This document shows, in pieces, positions 51,045 through 61,112 of a stretch of DNA of 64,000 nucleotides. Position 1 is the first letter of the stretch. The number at the start of each line of letters is the position of its first letter. Location of the stretch: positions 34,047 through 98,046 of the forward strand of contig DAHWNL010000021.1 of assembly GCA_027339965.1 (NCBI GenBank), given 5' to 3'. Both the position numbers and the translations under genes were made by a program. The notes beneath the pieces were generated by a model. The model was not told the origin of the DNA, ran no database searches, and worked only from the letters and a program-made list of their open reading frames with translations. This DNA is from Granulicella sp. GTDB taxonomy: Bacteria; Acidobacteriota; Terriglobia; Terriglobales; Acidobacteriaceae.

Positions 51045-52255
51045 TTACTGATGGGTTGTCAGAGCGGCAGCGGTCTCCGGAGCTGGAGCCTTGGCCCACG
51101 CATGGAGAGCCAGGGCCAGGGTGCGATAGACCACATGCGCGAACTTGGTGAGTGGCAGTAGAACGATGAGGTCCATGGCGAGCACGATGTGGGTCATGAA
51201 GGTGATGTATCCGAAGGTGGTGGGGTGGGGCATGTAGACCACGATCAGGGTTGCGATACCGGTGACTACGGTAAAGGTGAGGAGCAGGAGAAAGAACCAG
51301 TCACCGAAGGAGCTTTTGTCATAGGGTGTCTCTTTGGCGCTGCTTCTGCGGCCAATGGCGATGCTGAGACCATAGAGGCAGACGAGGCCACCGAGCAGGC
51401 CGAGGATGCGCATGGGATACCAGGGTGGGACAGGCGAGCCGATGGGCTTGATGAGGTAGTCGAGGGTGGTGGCGGCCAGCATGGCCAGGAAGCCCCACAT
51501 GATGGCGGCATGCACGAACCAGGAGCGCCGGAGCAGGGGCGTGGTCTCTGGAGCCTCGTCTTCGCCGCACTGGCGGAAGCGCTGATGATTGAGTGCGTCG
51601 AGGACCGCCGAGTAGATGGACGGGATGAGAGCGGAGATCGGGAAGGGGCGGCGCTCGCCGGCCTGATTTGTTTTTCTCATGACACGCGAGGTCATGGAGA
51701 AGAAGCCGAAGACGAGGGCCAGGCCGACGACGATGAAGAGCGCGATGCCGATGGAGTGTACCCACTCACCGGGGATGAAGCTGAAGAGCTGGGTAGAGCC
51801 ATAACCACTGAACATGCCGCCGTTGCTGGCCATGCCCCGCTAGCCCTGGTGCCAGAGCAGCAGGATGGAAAAGAAGGCGGAGAGGACGAAGAAGACGAGG
51901 ATGTTGAAGAGAGGGGAGCGATACATGAGGCCGGAAAGACCGGTGGGTCATAGCGGGAGATGGCGTAGCTGCGGGCTGCGGCCATGAACTGCATGGGGTC
52001 GGCTTCTCTGGGGCAGGTCTCGGTGCACTCGCCGCAGGCGTAGCAGCGCCAGAGGTCCTCCTGCGCGAGCAACTCGTTTTCCATGCCCAGTTGCGCCATA
52101 CGGATGATGCGGCGAGGAAAGCCTGCCGAGTCCTCCGCGAGCGGACAGACGGCAGCGCAGTTGCCGCAGTTGAAGCACGCACTTACATCCAGCTTGCCGC
52201 CGGCTCCGTGCTTTTTGATCTTCTCCATCATTTCGACATCGATCGCGTGTGCCAT
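51045..52255 (-). pseudogene. HdrC/QmoC-like protein (4Fe-4S dicluster + cytochrome b-type membrane domain), disrupted
   Basis: CFNCGNCAAVCP and CYACGECTETCP; frameshift near 51945; in-frame TAG at 51840-51842; membrane part with HAAIMWGF and LPLTKFAH. Confidence 0.82.
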
Positions 52256-52276
52256 GACCATTCCTCGGAGTTCGTG

Positions 52277-52591
52277 TTAGTGAGCGGCGGTGGCCTCTTC
52301 GCTCTGGACGAGGGCGTAGAGGAGGTAGTCGCCGTCTTCCCCAGCTTCGGTGACAAACCCGTACTTGCGCATACCTGTGAGGTGCCACAGGGTTTCATCG
52401 GTGGGGATATGGAGCGGGGCGGCGATCTGGGGGACGCTGGCCGGTGCTTCGGAGAGCATCTTGCGGATCGCCTTGCGCGCTGCAACGAGCTGCTTCTGGT
52501 GCTCTTTCTTGGGTTCGCTGATGCCGCCCATGCGTTCCCGCATGGTCATCAGTGCCTGCTTCTGTTCCGGTGTGAGTGATTTTCTTGCCAT
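52277..52591 (-). CDS. Small winged-helix protein within the hdr-like cluster
   Basis: PASVPQIA...TLWHLTGMRKYGFV.E...DYLLY. Confidence 0.75.
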   Translation of the reverse strand: MARKSLTPEQKQALMTMRERMGGISEPKKEHQKQLVAARKAIRKMLSEAPASVPQIAAPLHIPTDETLWHLTGMRKYGFVTEAGEDGDYLLYALVQSEEATAAH

Positions 52592-52618
52592 GATGGCTTC
52601 TCCCGTTAGGTGTCCGGC

Positions 52619-53248
52619 TCAGCCCAGATTCACCAGTTGAGGCTCGCAGTCAGCGTGGGGTGTTTCCGCCATAAGACCATCCACCATCGCTTCAAACTGA
52701 TCCAAGCGCCAGCCGTTGAGTTCCAAGGCGCGGTGGGGGCAGACGGCTACGCAGGCGCCGCAACCAACGCAGAGGCCGGCGTAAACCTCGGCACGCTGTA
52801 CGGTTTGCCCGTCGACTTCCTTTTCCACCAACTGCAGAGCGCCTTCATAGTCGCATTGGGTGACGCCGAGGCCCTCACCGCAGCACAGCGAGGAGTCGAC
52901 CGCGGCGACGAACGGGTTGAGCTCGACCATCTCATGGGCGAACATCGCTGCGGCCTTCACGGCAGCCGAGCCTGCGGCGTTGAGGGTCTCCTGGATGTTC
53001 ATCGGGGCCTGGGCGGTGCCGGCGAGCAGGACGCCGTTGACGAAGACCTCTACGGGGCGCAGCTTGGGGTGAACCTCCTGGAGGAACAGGTCGTCGCCGG
53101 TGGGCAGCTTGATGCTCTCCACCAGGTCCTCGATGTGGGAGGGCATCATGCCCACGCCGAGGACGACCATGTCAACGGGAACGGAGATCTCTGCGCCCCA
53201 GGTGAGCATGTCCTTGACGGTGATGGTGATGGGAGCTTTTGGTGATCC
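52619..53248 (-). pseudogene. C-terminal fragment of an HdrA/QmoB-like flavo-iron-sulfur protein
   Basis: VDMVVL, FLQEVHPKLRPVE, GVLLAGTAQAP, CVGCGACVAVCP; first cluster motif degenerate (CCGEGLGVTQC); the 5' two-thirds appears to be missing. Confidence 0.85.
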
Positions 53249-53267
53249 GCAGAGTTGACAAACCTAG

Positions 53268-54250
53268 CTAGAAGAAGTAATAGCCAATCTGGATACCGAT
53301 GGAGTTCTCTGACATGGAAGCTTTGAGGGGCTGGACGGGCAGGTCGAAGAGGGTTCCATCGGTGACGTCGTTCTTGAAGGTGTGCATGAAGGCCTCGGTA
53401 AGGCTCCAGCGCATGGGAAGCTTTTGCGTAGCGCCGAAGGTGACGGCGGTGGTGACGATGGCCGGCATGATCATGATGAGGTTGGCCTGAAGGTCGGATG
53501 TATGGATCGGGTTGCCGCCATAGGTAAAGCCGGCGCGAACCTGCCAGGTCTTGTTCAGGTCATACTGGGTGCCGAGATTGGCGACCCACTCGTTCTGCCA
53601 GTTGAGGGGCAGGGACACTTCTTCGGTGCCGACCCAGGGACCAAAGACATTGAACTGACTCATGGTGCTGTGCCAGTTGAGCCACTGACCTTCCATGCTG
53701 ACGAGCCACTTGCGGACGGGGTAGACGGCCGCTCCAAAGGCGAACTGCTGTGGGTAGTTGAGGTGAGCGCAGTAGGAGCCTTCGCCTCCGGAGATGCCGA
53801 CGGGTCCGGTGGCTCCGACGCCGGTGGGGACGAACTCCTGATTTTCCTGCCAGAAGAGGTTGGTAAACTTCATGACGGATTTATAGGAGGCGCCGAAGGT
53901 GAGCCTATCGCTGTACTTGTACATGCCGCCGACGGTGGCGCCGATGCCGTAGGCCCAGGAGGGGCTGGTGAGGTTGAAGCCCTGGCCACCGAATGTCTCA
54001 TCGAAGGAGACCTGCTCGGCGGCGACGTCGAGCGCAAGGCCGAGGCTGACCTTGTCGGTCATCTTGAAGGCGACGGCGGGAGCCATCTGCATAAAGTCGA
54101 TACTGCTGAAGGCCTGGATGGTGCCCATGGGAACGTTGGGCTGCAGGTAATTGACGCCGAGGCCGGAGGTGCCATAGATGCCGCCGCCGAAGTAGAGGTT
54201 CGGGCGGAAGGCAGGGGCGGACCAGCCAAGGGCGGGGATGGCATAGACGT
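53268..54250 (-). pseudogene. 5'-truncated FadL/OmpP1-like outer-membrane transport protein
   Basis: GIYGTSGLGVNY, FGASYKS, LNYPQQ, WLNW, VRAGFTYGGNPI, C-terminal GYYFF; no signal peptide. Confidence 0.8.
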
Positions 54251-55155
54251 TGGTGGCGGCGATGATGCGAACGTCGGCGGTACGCGGGACGTTCTCGCCG
54301 ACGCGTTCATACTGGCCGCCCCGGAAGGACGCGCAGGAGTTTTACCTGCTGCAGGGGTGGCATGTCGCCGATCTCATCGAGGAAGAGAGTTCCTCCGAAG
54401 GCGAGTTCGAAGCGGCCGACGCGATCGCGAACGGCTCCGGTAAAGGCGCTGCAGATGTGTCCGAAGAGTTCGGACTCGAGGAGGTCGGCGGGGACGGCGC
54501 TGCAGTTGACAGCGACGAAGGGGCCGTCGTTGCGGGGAGAGTTTTCATGGATGGCGCGGGCGACGACCTCCTTGCCGACGCCGCTCTCACCGGTAATGAG
54601 TACGGGAGCTTCGCTGTGCTGGAGGGCCTCGACCATACGAAAGATGCGCTGCATGGCAGGAGAGCAGACGATGGCATTAGAGACAAAAGTTGCAGAGGTG
54701 GAGTAAGCGCTGGTCGCTTCCGCCGGCCGAAGCAGAATGACGTAGGCCATGCGGGGGTCGCAGACGGTGGTGTCGCCGTGCAGGATGGGGGCGGCGGTGA
54801 TGGAGACCAGGCGGGGGCTCCCTCGCCGATCGGAAGGATGGCGCGCCAGCCTTCGCGCCGTTGGCCTTAAAGCAGAGCCTGGCGCAGAGGGGGTGCCGGG
54901 GCCGATAAGGCTGACGCCGAGCAACTCTTCGATGCTGCGGCCGGCCACATTGCGGGCCATGCCGGAGCCGATGAGGTCATCGAGGAGGTAGGAGGCATGG
55001 GCAATGCGAAAGGAAGCGTCGAGGCAGACAAAGGCTCTACCTACAGATGCCAGAACACGTGTGAAGCCGTGCAACGCAATCTGGGTATCTTCGCTTAGTG
55101 GTTCGTCGCTGGCGAGATAGCATTGCTGTTCTGCGATGCGCTTCTCCACAAACAC
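54250..55155 (-). pseudogene. PAS-containing sigma54-dependent activator, frameshifted and 3'-truncated
   Basis: [35 protein letters not shown]; after a frameshift, DVRIIAATN. Confidence 0.85.
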
Positions 55156-55791
55156 TCTCCGCTGCTGTGCAACCTCTTTGGATGGTCTTCGAGGCGACGT
55201 TCCGTGGAGGTCGGATCTGTTGCTCTCCTTCCGCCGGAAGAAATCCCGCTTTTAAGAGAACGTTACAGAAGAATCATCCTGAATCTTCCGCTCTGTGCGA
55301 TATTCGCAGATCTTTTGCAGATCTGGCTATTTCTTTGATGCTGTCAGCCGCTGCTGATTGTGGTTTGGCCAGTTTTGGCGGAGGCAGTCGGATGAATTGG
55401 AACAGCCTCAGCGCGAGCCTGTGCCGGAGGCAATTTCGTTGTTGCATGCGGGTGCGAAAGACGGGAAGGGAAATTGCGTCCTTGTCGTAACAGCGAAAGT
55501 GTCCGTTCGCTTGACCGGGTGGGCGACGAGCCCCGCCCTTCCGGGCGGGGAAGGATGGCGAGGAGGTCTGTGCCGTCCGCGCTGTTGCCTTTCCGAGTGG
55601 CGTTTGCCGCAGATGGCTGCTGCTGCTTCGGGGTATGCAGGGGCAATCTGGAACGTCTATGACGGGAGCGATGATGTGGGCAGATGCTATGGAGTGAGGG
55701 ATGCGGCTTTCGAGGTGAATGACGCGGATTGGGGCGTGACCGGAGGCTGCCTTGTCGAACACGCTACAAGTATTTTATTTTGAGATGTTTG

Positions 55792-55868
55792 TGGTGGCCC
55801 GGGCAGGAGTCCAACCTGCGACCTTCGCGTTAGGAGTGCGCTGCTCTATGCAACTGAGCTACCGGGCC
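55792..55868 (-). tRNA. tRNA-Arg (anticodon CCU)
   Basis: 77-nt cloverleaf GGCCCGG...CCGGGCC-A-CCA; anticodon loop CTCCTAA; A20 Arg determinant present. Confidence 0.9.
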
Positions 55869-55994
55869 AGCTGGAGGGAGGCTGCTCAGCGGATCGTGCG
55901 GATCGGCCAGAACACCTTTCTTAGTGTATCGCGGGCGGGTAACTCGCAGGGAAGAAACGAAATCCATCCGGTCAGTCCCGTAGATGGAGGTAAA

Positions 55995-56981
55995 ATGGAA
56001 GTTGTGCCAAAGTACTCTGTCGTCGTTCCATTCCACAATGAAGAAGAGAACGTTACCAAGCTCTATGACCGCGTCAAGGGGGTCATGGAGCAGGTAGGTT
56101 CCAGCTTCGAGATCGTCTTTGTCGATGATGGATCCCGCGACCGCACCTACCGTCTTCTGGAAGAGATTGCGGCGGTCGACTCGAGAGTGCTGCTGATCAA
56201 ACTGCGGCGGAACTTTGGCCAGACGTCGGCGCTGGCAGCCGGGTTTGATCACTCTTCAGGAGAGTACATCCTGGCCATGGATGGGGATCTGCAGCATGAT
56301 CCGGCCGAGATTCCGATGTTTCTGGCCAAGCTCGAAGAGGGCTACGATGTGGTGAGCGGGTGGCGCGCGCAACGGGCCGACAACATGATGTTGCGCAGAT
56401 TCCCTTCCCGGATCGCCAACTGGATGATGGCGCGGCTCTCCGGCGTGGACATTCACGACTTCGGCACTACCTTTAAGGCCTATCGCAGAGACGTGATTCA
56501 CAGCATTCCCTTGTATGGAGAGATGCACCGGTTTATTCCGGCGCTGGCAAGCTGGTTCGGGGCCAGCATCTGCGAGGTCGCGATCTCCAATCCGGCGCGG
56601 GAGTATGGGAAGAGCCACTACGGGATATCGCGCACCTTCCGGGTGTTCTTTGACCTGCTGACAGTTCGATTTCTGTTGAAGTACATGACGCGGCCGCTGC
56701 ACTTCTTTGGCTCGTTGGGAGCGCTCGGGGTGCTTTCCGGCGGGGGTATGGCCATGTGGCTTCTACTGCACAAACTACTTTCCGGAACCAATGTGATGGA
56801 CGAGCATGCACCCTTGTTCACTGTGGCGGCGGTGTTGATTCTGGCCGGGATTCAGTTGATTGGAGTGGGGCTGCTGGGTGAGTTGCAGGTGCGCCACTTC
56901 TTTACCCAATCGCAGAATACTCCTTATGCGATTGACCGCATTGTTCGCTATCGATCTCCGGAAGAGAGTTTGAGGCGCTAG
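55995..56981 (+). CDS. Polyprenyl-phosphate GT2 glycosyltransferase (ArnC/GtrB-like)
   Basis: VVPFHNEE, VDDGSRD, RNFGQ, MDGDLQHDP, two C-terminal TMs. Confidence 0.9.
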   Translation: MEVVPKYSVVVPFHNEEENVTKLYDRVKGVMEQVGSSFEIVFVDDGSRDRTYRLLEEIAAVDSRVLLIKLRRNFGQTSALAAGFDHSSGEYILAMDGDLQHDPAEIPMFLAKLEEGYDVVSGWRAQRADNMMLRRFPSRIANWMMARLSGVDIHDFGTTFKAYRRDVIHSIPLYGEMHRFIPALASWFGASICEVAISNPAREYGKSHYGISRTFRVFFDLLTVRFLLKYMTRPLHFFGSLGALGVLSGGGMAMWLLLHKLLSGTNVMDEHAPLFTVAAVLILAGIQLIGVGLLGELQVRHFFTQSQNTPYAIDRIVRYRSPEESLRR

Positions 56982-57140
56982 GTTTCTTGACTTCGCTCGC
57001 GGAGCAGGATTCTCCTGTCCGCAGTCAGGTTGGGGGCTTCTCCAGTTTTCGGGTGCAACAAGGGTCCTTGGTTGTGCTGAGCGAAGGGTCATCCATGACG
57101 GGGATAGAGCGCGTTGGCAATAGCCTCAGAAAGGAGATCC

Positions 57141-58040
57141 ATGCAGGAGGCGGTCTCAGGGGTGAATGAAGAGGGCAACTTCAAAATCCGGGGGCCGCGT
57201 CACTGGCGACGTCGAAGCCGTCTGATATGGATTGCGAGCGTTTGCGTGGTGGCAATCACGGCTCTGGGTTTGGCGCCGAGTATGCCGATAGGGCCCAGTT
57301 ATCACGTATTCGCCGACACGCGGACGATGTGGGGAATCCCGAACGCTCTCGACGTACTCTCTAACCTTCCGTTTTTCTTTGTGGGCTTATGGGGACTGCT
57401 TTGGCTGATGGGCCGCGCAGGCCGCGCCGGATTTCTTGATCGCAGAGAGAGGATCCCCTACCTGGTTTTCTTCACCGGGGTGATGTTCACTGGCGTTGGT
57501 TCGTTCTGGTATCACCTGTCGCCGTGCAATCAACGGCTTCCCTGGGATCTTGTTCCGATGACCTGTGCGTTTGTCGCCCTGGTGGTTGCAACGTACATGG
57601 AGCGAGTGAATGTGCGTACCGGATACGCGGCGCTTGCGCCATTGCTGCTCGCTGGAACCTGCACGGTTTTCTACTGGTACTTCGGCAACGTAACCGGCCA
57701 TGGCGATTACAAGTACTATCTTTTTCTTCAGTTTTTTTCGCCGGTGGTCTTGACGCTTCTGATCGCTTTGTTTCCACCCCGATACACGGGCTTTCGATTT
57801 CTTGCTATCGCATTTCTCTTTTACGTGCTGGCCAAGTTGTTTGAGGATTACGATTTTCCGATTTACCGGGATTTGCATGGAACAGTGAGCGGCCACACGC
57901 TGAAGCATCTGATTGCGGGGGTGGCCTGCTTCTGGGTTCTGCTGATGCTGCAACGCCGTCAACCTGTCGTTCGAGGGAGAACTGGCAGTCAACGGGCCGC
58001 AAACTTCATCCACCACGATGAAAGAACCGCCAACACCTAA
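57141..58040 (+). CDS. Alkaline ceramidase-like (CREST-type) membrane protein
   Basis: YHVFADTR, PNALDVLSNLPF, GSFWYH, WDLVPM, SGHTLKH. Confidence 0.75.
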   Translation: MQEAVSGVNEEGNFKIRGPRHWRRRSRLIWIASVCVVAITALGLAPSMPIGPSYHVFADTRTMWGIPNALDVLSNLPFFFVGLWGLLWLMGRAGRAGFLDRRERIPYLVFFTGVMFTGVGSFWYHLSPCNQRLPWDLVPMTCAFVALVVATYMERVNVRTGYAALAPLLLAGTCTVFYWYFGNVTGHGDYKYYLFLQFFSPVVLTLLIALFPPRYTGFRFLAIAFLFYVLAKLFEDYDFPIYRDLHGTVSGHTLKHLIAGVACFWVLLMLQRRQPVVRGRTGSQRAANFIHHDERTANT

Positions 58041-58057
58041 GATATTCGGAGATCACT

Positions 58058-59050
58058 TTGAAGACATCTCTCTTGACGTTACTGGTCTGTCCCCATTGCC
58101 ATCAGGAACTCAGCCTGGGGAGCGAGGTGGCAGAGGGCTCCGAGATTATGGAAGGCTTCTTGACCTGCGGCGGGTGTGCGGAACGGTATCCAGTGGTGCG
58201 CGGAGTTCCGCGTTTTGTCGGGGCGAGCCTGAGCGCGGAAAAGCGCGCCACCGCCTCGGCTTTTGGCTATGAATGGACGCACTACTCGGCCCTTACCGAG
58301 GCGGACAGAAAGGAGTTTCTGGCCTGGATAGCGCCGCTGAAGGCAGAAGATTTTCGAGATCAGGTGGTTTTGGATGGCGGTTGCGGGAAAGGAAGACATA
58401 TCTATCTCGCGTCGCAGTTCGGAGCCGGCACGGTTGTGGGTGTGGATCTTTCCGATGCCGTGGAAGCAGCCTTCAAGAATACGCGCGAGCTTGAAAATGT
58501 TCATGTCGTGCAGGCTGACCTGCTGGAGCTTCCGTTCCGCAACCCCTTCACGCTGATTTACAGTGTGGGTGTCCTTCATCATCTTCCGGTTCCCAAGCAA
58601 GGATTCCTTGCCTTGACCGGGCATTTGCAGCCGGGGGGGCGTATCTCCGCCTGGGTCTATGGCAAGGAAGGGAACCGCTGGATTGAACTGTTCGTTGATC
58701 CTCTGCGCAAAAATGTCACCTCTCGCCTCCCGCGATGGATCACCCGAAGCCTGTGTTTTCCATTGGCGGTGGTTCTGTTTGCGGCGCTGAAGCTGCTTTA
58801 TGCTCCGGCGAAGCCCCGACCGGGCTTGAAGCGTCTGCTGCCTTATTCCGAGTACCTCTGCTCGATCTCCGGATACACGTTTGCGGAGAATTTCTGGAAC
58901 GTCTTCGACCAGCTTGTCGCGCCCACGGCTTTCTACCACAGCCGGGAAGAGGTGGTGGATTGGTTTTCGACTGCGGATCTGCAAGGGGTAATCATCGAGC
59001 GTCACAATGGCAATAGCTGGCGAGGAACCGGGCTGGTTCGCGGCCAGTGA
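58058..59050 (+). CDS. Trm112-like domain + class I SAM methyltransferase
   Basis: LVCPHC...C..C.ERYPV..GVPRF; VLDGGCGKG; VGVLHH. Confidence 0.85.
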   Translation: MKTSLLTLLVCPHCHQELSLGSEVAEGSEIMEGFLTCGGCAERYPVVRGVPRFVGASLSAEKRATASAFGYEWTHYSALTEADRKEFLAWIAPLKAEDFRDQVVLDGGCGKGRHIYLASQFGAGTVVGVDLSDAVEAAFKNTRELENVHVVQADLLELPFRNPFTLIYSVGVLHHLPVPKQGFLALTGHLQPGGRISAWVYGKEGNRWIELFVDPLRKNVTSRLPRWITRSLCFPLAVVLFAALKLLYAPAKPRPGLKRLLPYSEYLCSISGYTFAENFWNVFDQLVAPTAFYHSREEVVDWFSTADLQGVIIERHNGNSWRGTGLVRGQ

Positions 59051-59217
59051 GGTCCTGCTTTGGGACTGCGATCTATCTGTGGGATGTGAAGCGGAGCGTT
59101 TTCTGGGTGAATCTCCCCCATCTCCAAAGGCAGCCGCCGGCCACTGTTGGATTCATAAGAGTGCCTGGATAGCTGGTGGGTCGGGGTTGAGGCCGCCGCG
59201 GAAATCGGGAGGTTGCT

Positions 59218-60198
59218 ATGTTGCGGAAACGGGCATGCAGCGCCAAGTCGAAGATGCAAACAGATCTTCACGACCGGTCAGCGAGGAGCCGCCGGGTGAG
59301 GATATTGAATTGGCTGCGGCGGGCGAGGCGCAACGAAAGAGCGTGCGTGCTGGGTATGTTCATGGTGATTGCCGGCAGGTCCACAGCATGGGCGCAGGCG
59401 GGGCAGACTTCGCCAGAAGTTGAAAGGTTGGTCCGCAATGCTTCCTGGAATGAAGTACATTCCAGCGGCCCACCGCATTTTTTTCGTTACAGAATCGCAG
59501 AGCGGGATGCAAAGGGGAGCGATGTCAAGCTGGTGATCGAGACTCGCGAGGGGACAATCTCCCGGCTGGTGGAGAAAGACGGCCGTCCCTTGAGTCGAGC
59601 GGCGAATGCGGCCGAGACAACACGGCTCAAGAATCTGCTGGCGAATCCTGAGATTCAGCTTCGGCGATACCAGCAGGAAAAGGAGAATGAAGGCCGAGAG
59701 GACGAAATGGTCCACATGCTGCCTGATGCGTTCCTCTATACCAGTGAGGGGATGATCAACGGTCCCAATGGTCCGTGCTACCGGCTGCGTTTCAGGCCGA
59801 ATCCGAAGTTCGAGCCGAAGGATCGTGAAGGCGAGGTGTTTCACGGCATGGTGGGTGAGGCGTGGATCGATCAAAAGCAGCAAAGAATTGTGAAGATCGA
59901 TGCGCATCTGATCAAGGATGTGAACTTCGGCTGGGGCGTGCTGGGCAGGCTGTATCGTGGCGGAAGCATGCTGGAAGAGAATGAAGATGTGGGTGGGCAG
60001 GATGCGCACCATTGGGAGTCGTCCGTACTGCGCCTGCGATTGAAGGGAAAAATTCTGATGGTGAAGAGCGTGGACTTTTCCACTAGCCAGATATCAACCG
60101 ATTTTCATGCAGTGCCATCCACGATCGGCTACCAGCAGGCGGTGCGAATGCTTTTAGATGAACCTTTGGCGAGCGGCCCAGGCAAAGGCGGGAACTGA
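59218..60198 (+). CDS. Exported hypothetical protein (LolA-like fold possible)
   Basis: Signal-like segment ending AWA-Q; FRPNPKF, GEAWID, VNFGWG; start uncertain. Confidence 0.65.
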   Translation: MLRKRACSAKSKMQTDLHDRSARSRRVRILNWLRRARRNERACVLGMFMVIAGRSTAWAQAGQTSPEVERLVRNASWNEVHSSGPPHFFRYRIAERDAKGSDVKLVIETREGTISRLVEKDGRPLSRAANAAETTRLKNLLANPEIQLRRYQQEKENEGREDEMVHMLPDAFLYTSEGMINGPNGPCYRLRFRPNPKFEPKDREGEVFHGMVGEAWIDQKQQRIVKIDAHLIKDVNFGWGVLGRLYRGGSMLEENEDVGGQDAHHWESSVLRLRLKGKILMVKSVDFSTSQISTDFHAVPSTIGYQQAVRMLLDEPLASGPGKGGN

Positions 60199-60259
60199 AG
60201 CCGGACGGCGTCGAGGGCGGGATGCTGTCTGAGAGATACACTCCATTTACAATGACGGA

Positions 60260-60736
60260 GTGCGGAAAGAGTTGAAAGACGACGTGGAAGCGCCGCCCGG
60301 ATCATACCAGCCTCACCCTGTTCTCAAGCCAAAGACCTTTTTCATGGTTGTGGTCATGGTGATCTGCGGCCCATTGGGAAACACGTTTCTGGGCAAAGGG
60401 ATGAAGCAAATCGGGACAGTCGGCGTCTGGCCGGCTTCTCACCTGATCTCGAGTCTGTCGAAGATTATCGCGACGCCATCGATCTGGATGGGAATCGGGT
60501 CGCTGATGGTCTTTTTTATCGCGGACATGCTGGTGCTCTCCTGGGCCGATTACAGCTTTGTGCGACCGGCCACGGCGCTTGCCTACGGGGTGGTGGCGCT
60601 TCTGGGTTATACGATGCTGGGTGAGCATGTTTCACCGCTGCGCTGGGCGGGAATCGCGATTATCTGCGTGGGAGTCTTCGTGGTGACCTACACGGTTCCG
60701 AAAACCCATGAATGGGAAACAGCGGAGAGGGAATAA
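60260..60736 (+). CDS. EamA/DMT small membrane protein
   Basis: GNTFLGKGMK, LSWADYSFVRP, LGEHVSPLRWAG. Confidence 0.85.
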   Translation: MRKELKDDVEAPPGSYQPHPVLKPKTFFMVVVMVICGPLGNTFLGKGMKQIGTVGVWPASHLISSLSKIIATPSIWMGIGSLMVFFIADMLVLSWADYSFVRPATALAYGVVALLGYTMLGEHVSPLRWAGIAIICVGVFVVTYTVPKTHEWETAERE

Positions 60737-61112
60737 ATTGGCTCACCTTCTACTTTTTGTTGTCATCGTCATGGCGGGAACCGGAGGGGAGCTCTGTGTT
60801 TCGCGTGCCATGAAGAGCGTCGGAGAGGCGACCAGCTTCCACCCAGCGCAGATTGCGCGAGTGGTGCTGCGGGCATTGGGCCAGCCTTGGATGTGGGCGG
60901 GCGTGAGCATGATGGCGACGGCCTTCTTCGCTCTGCTGGGGGCCCTTTCCCTCTATAACGTCAGCTTTGTGGTGCCAGTGACGGCCTTGAGCTATATTGC
61001 CGGAGCGCTCGGCGCCAAGGTCTTTCTGCATGAGCGGGTGACCCTTTGGCGCTGGGTGGGCGTTTTGCTGGTGGCCGTCGGCGTGACGCTGGTGGTGCTG
61101 GGAAAGAGCTGA
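60708..61112 (+). CDS. EamA/DMT small membrane protein (second of a pair)
   Basis: VSFVVPVTALSY, FLHERVTLWRWVG. Confidence 0.85.
   Translation: MNGKQRRGNKLAHLLLFVVIVMAGTGGELCVSRAMKSVGEATSFHPAQIARVVLRALGQPWMWAGVSMMATAFFALLGALSLYNVSFVVPVTALSYIAGALGAKVFLHERVTLWRWVGVLLVAVGVTLVVLGKS

Noticed and set aside
51840..51842. In-frame TAG as pyrrolysine or read-through recoding
   Set aside because: The same gene has a frameshift and its neighbours are decayed; no pyl genes are seen.
55274..55783. ORFs between the activator and the tRNA
   Set aside because: No recognisable motifs or RBS; probably degraded island DNA.
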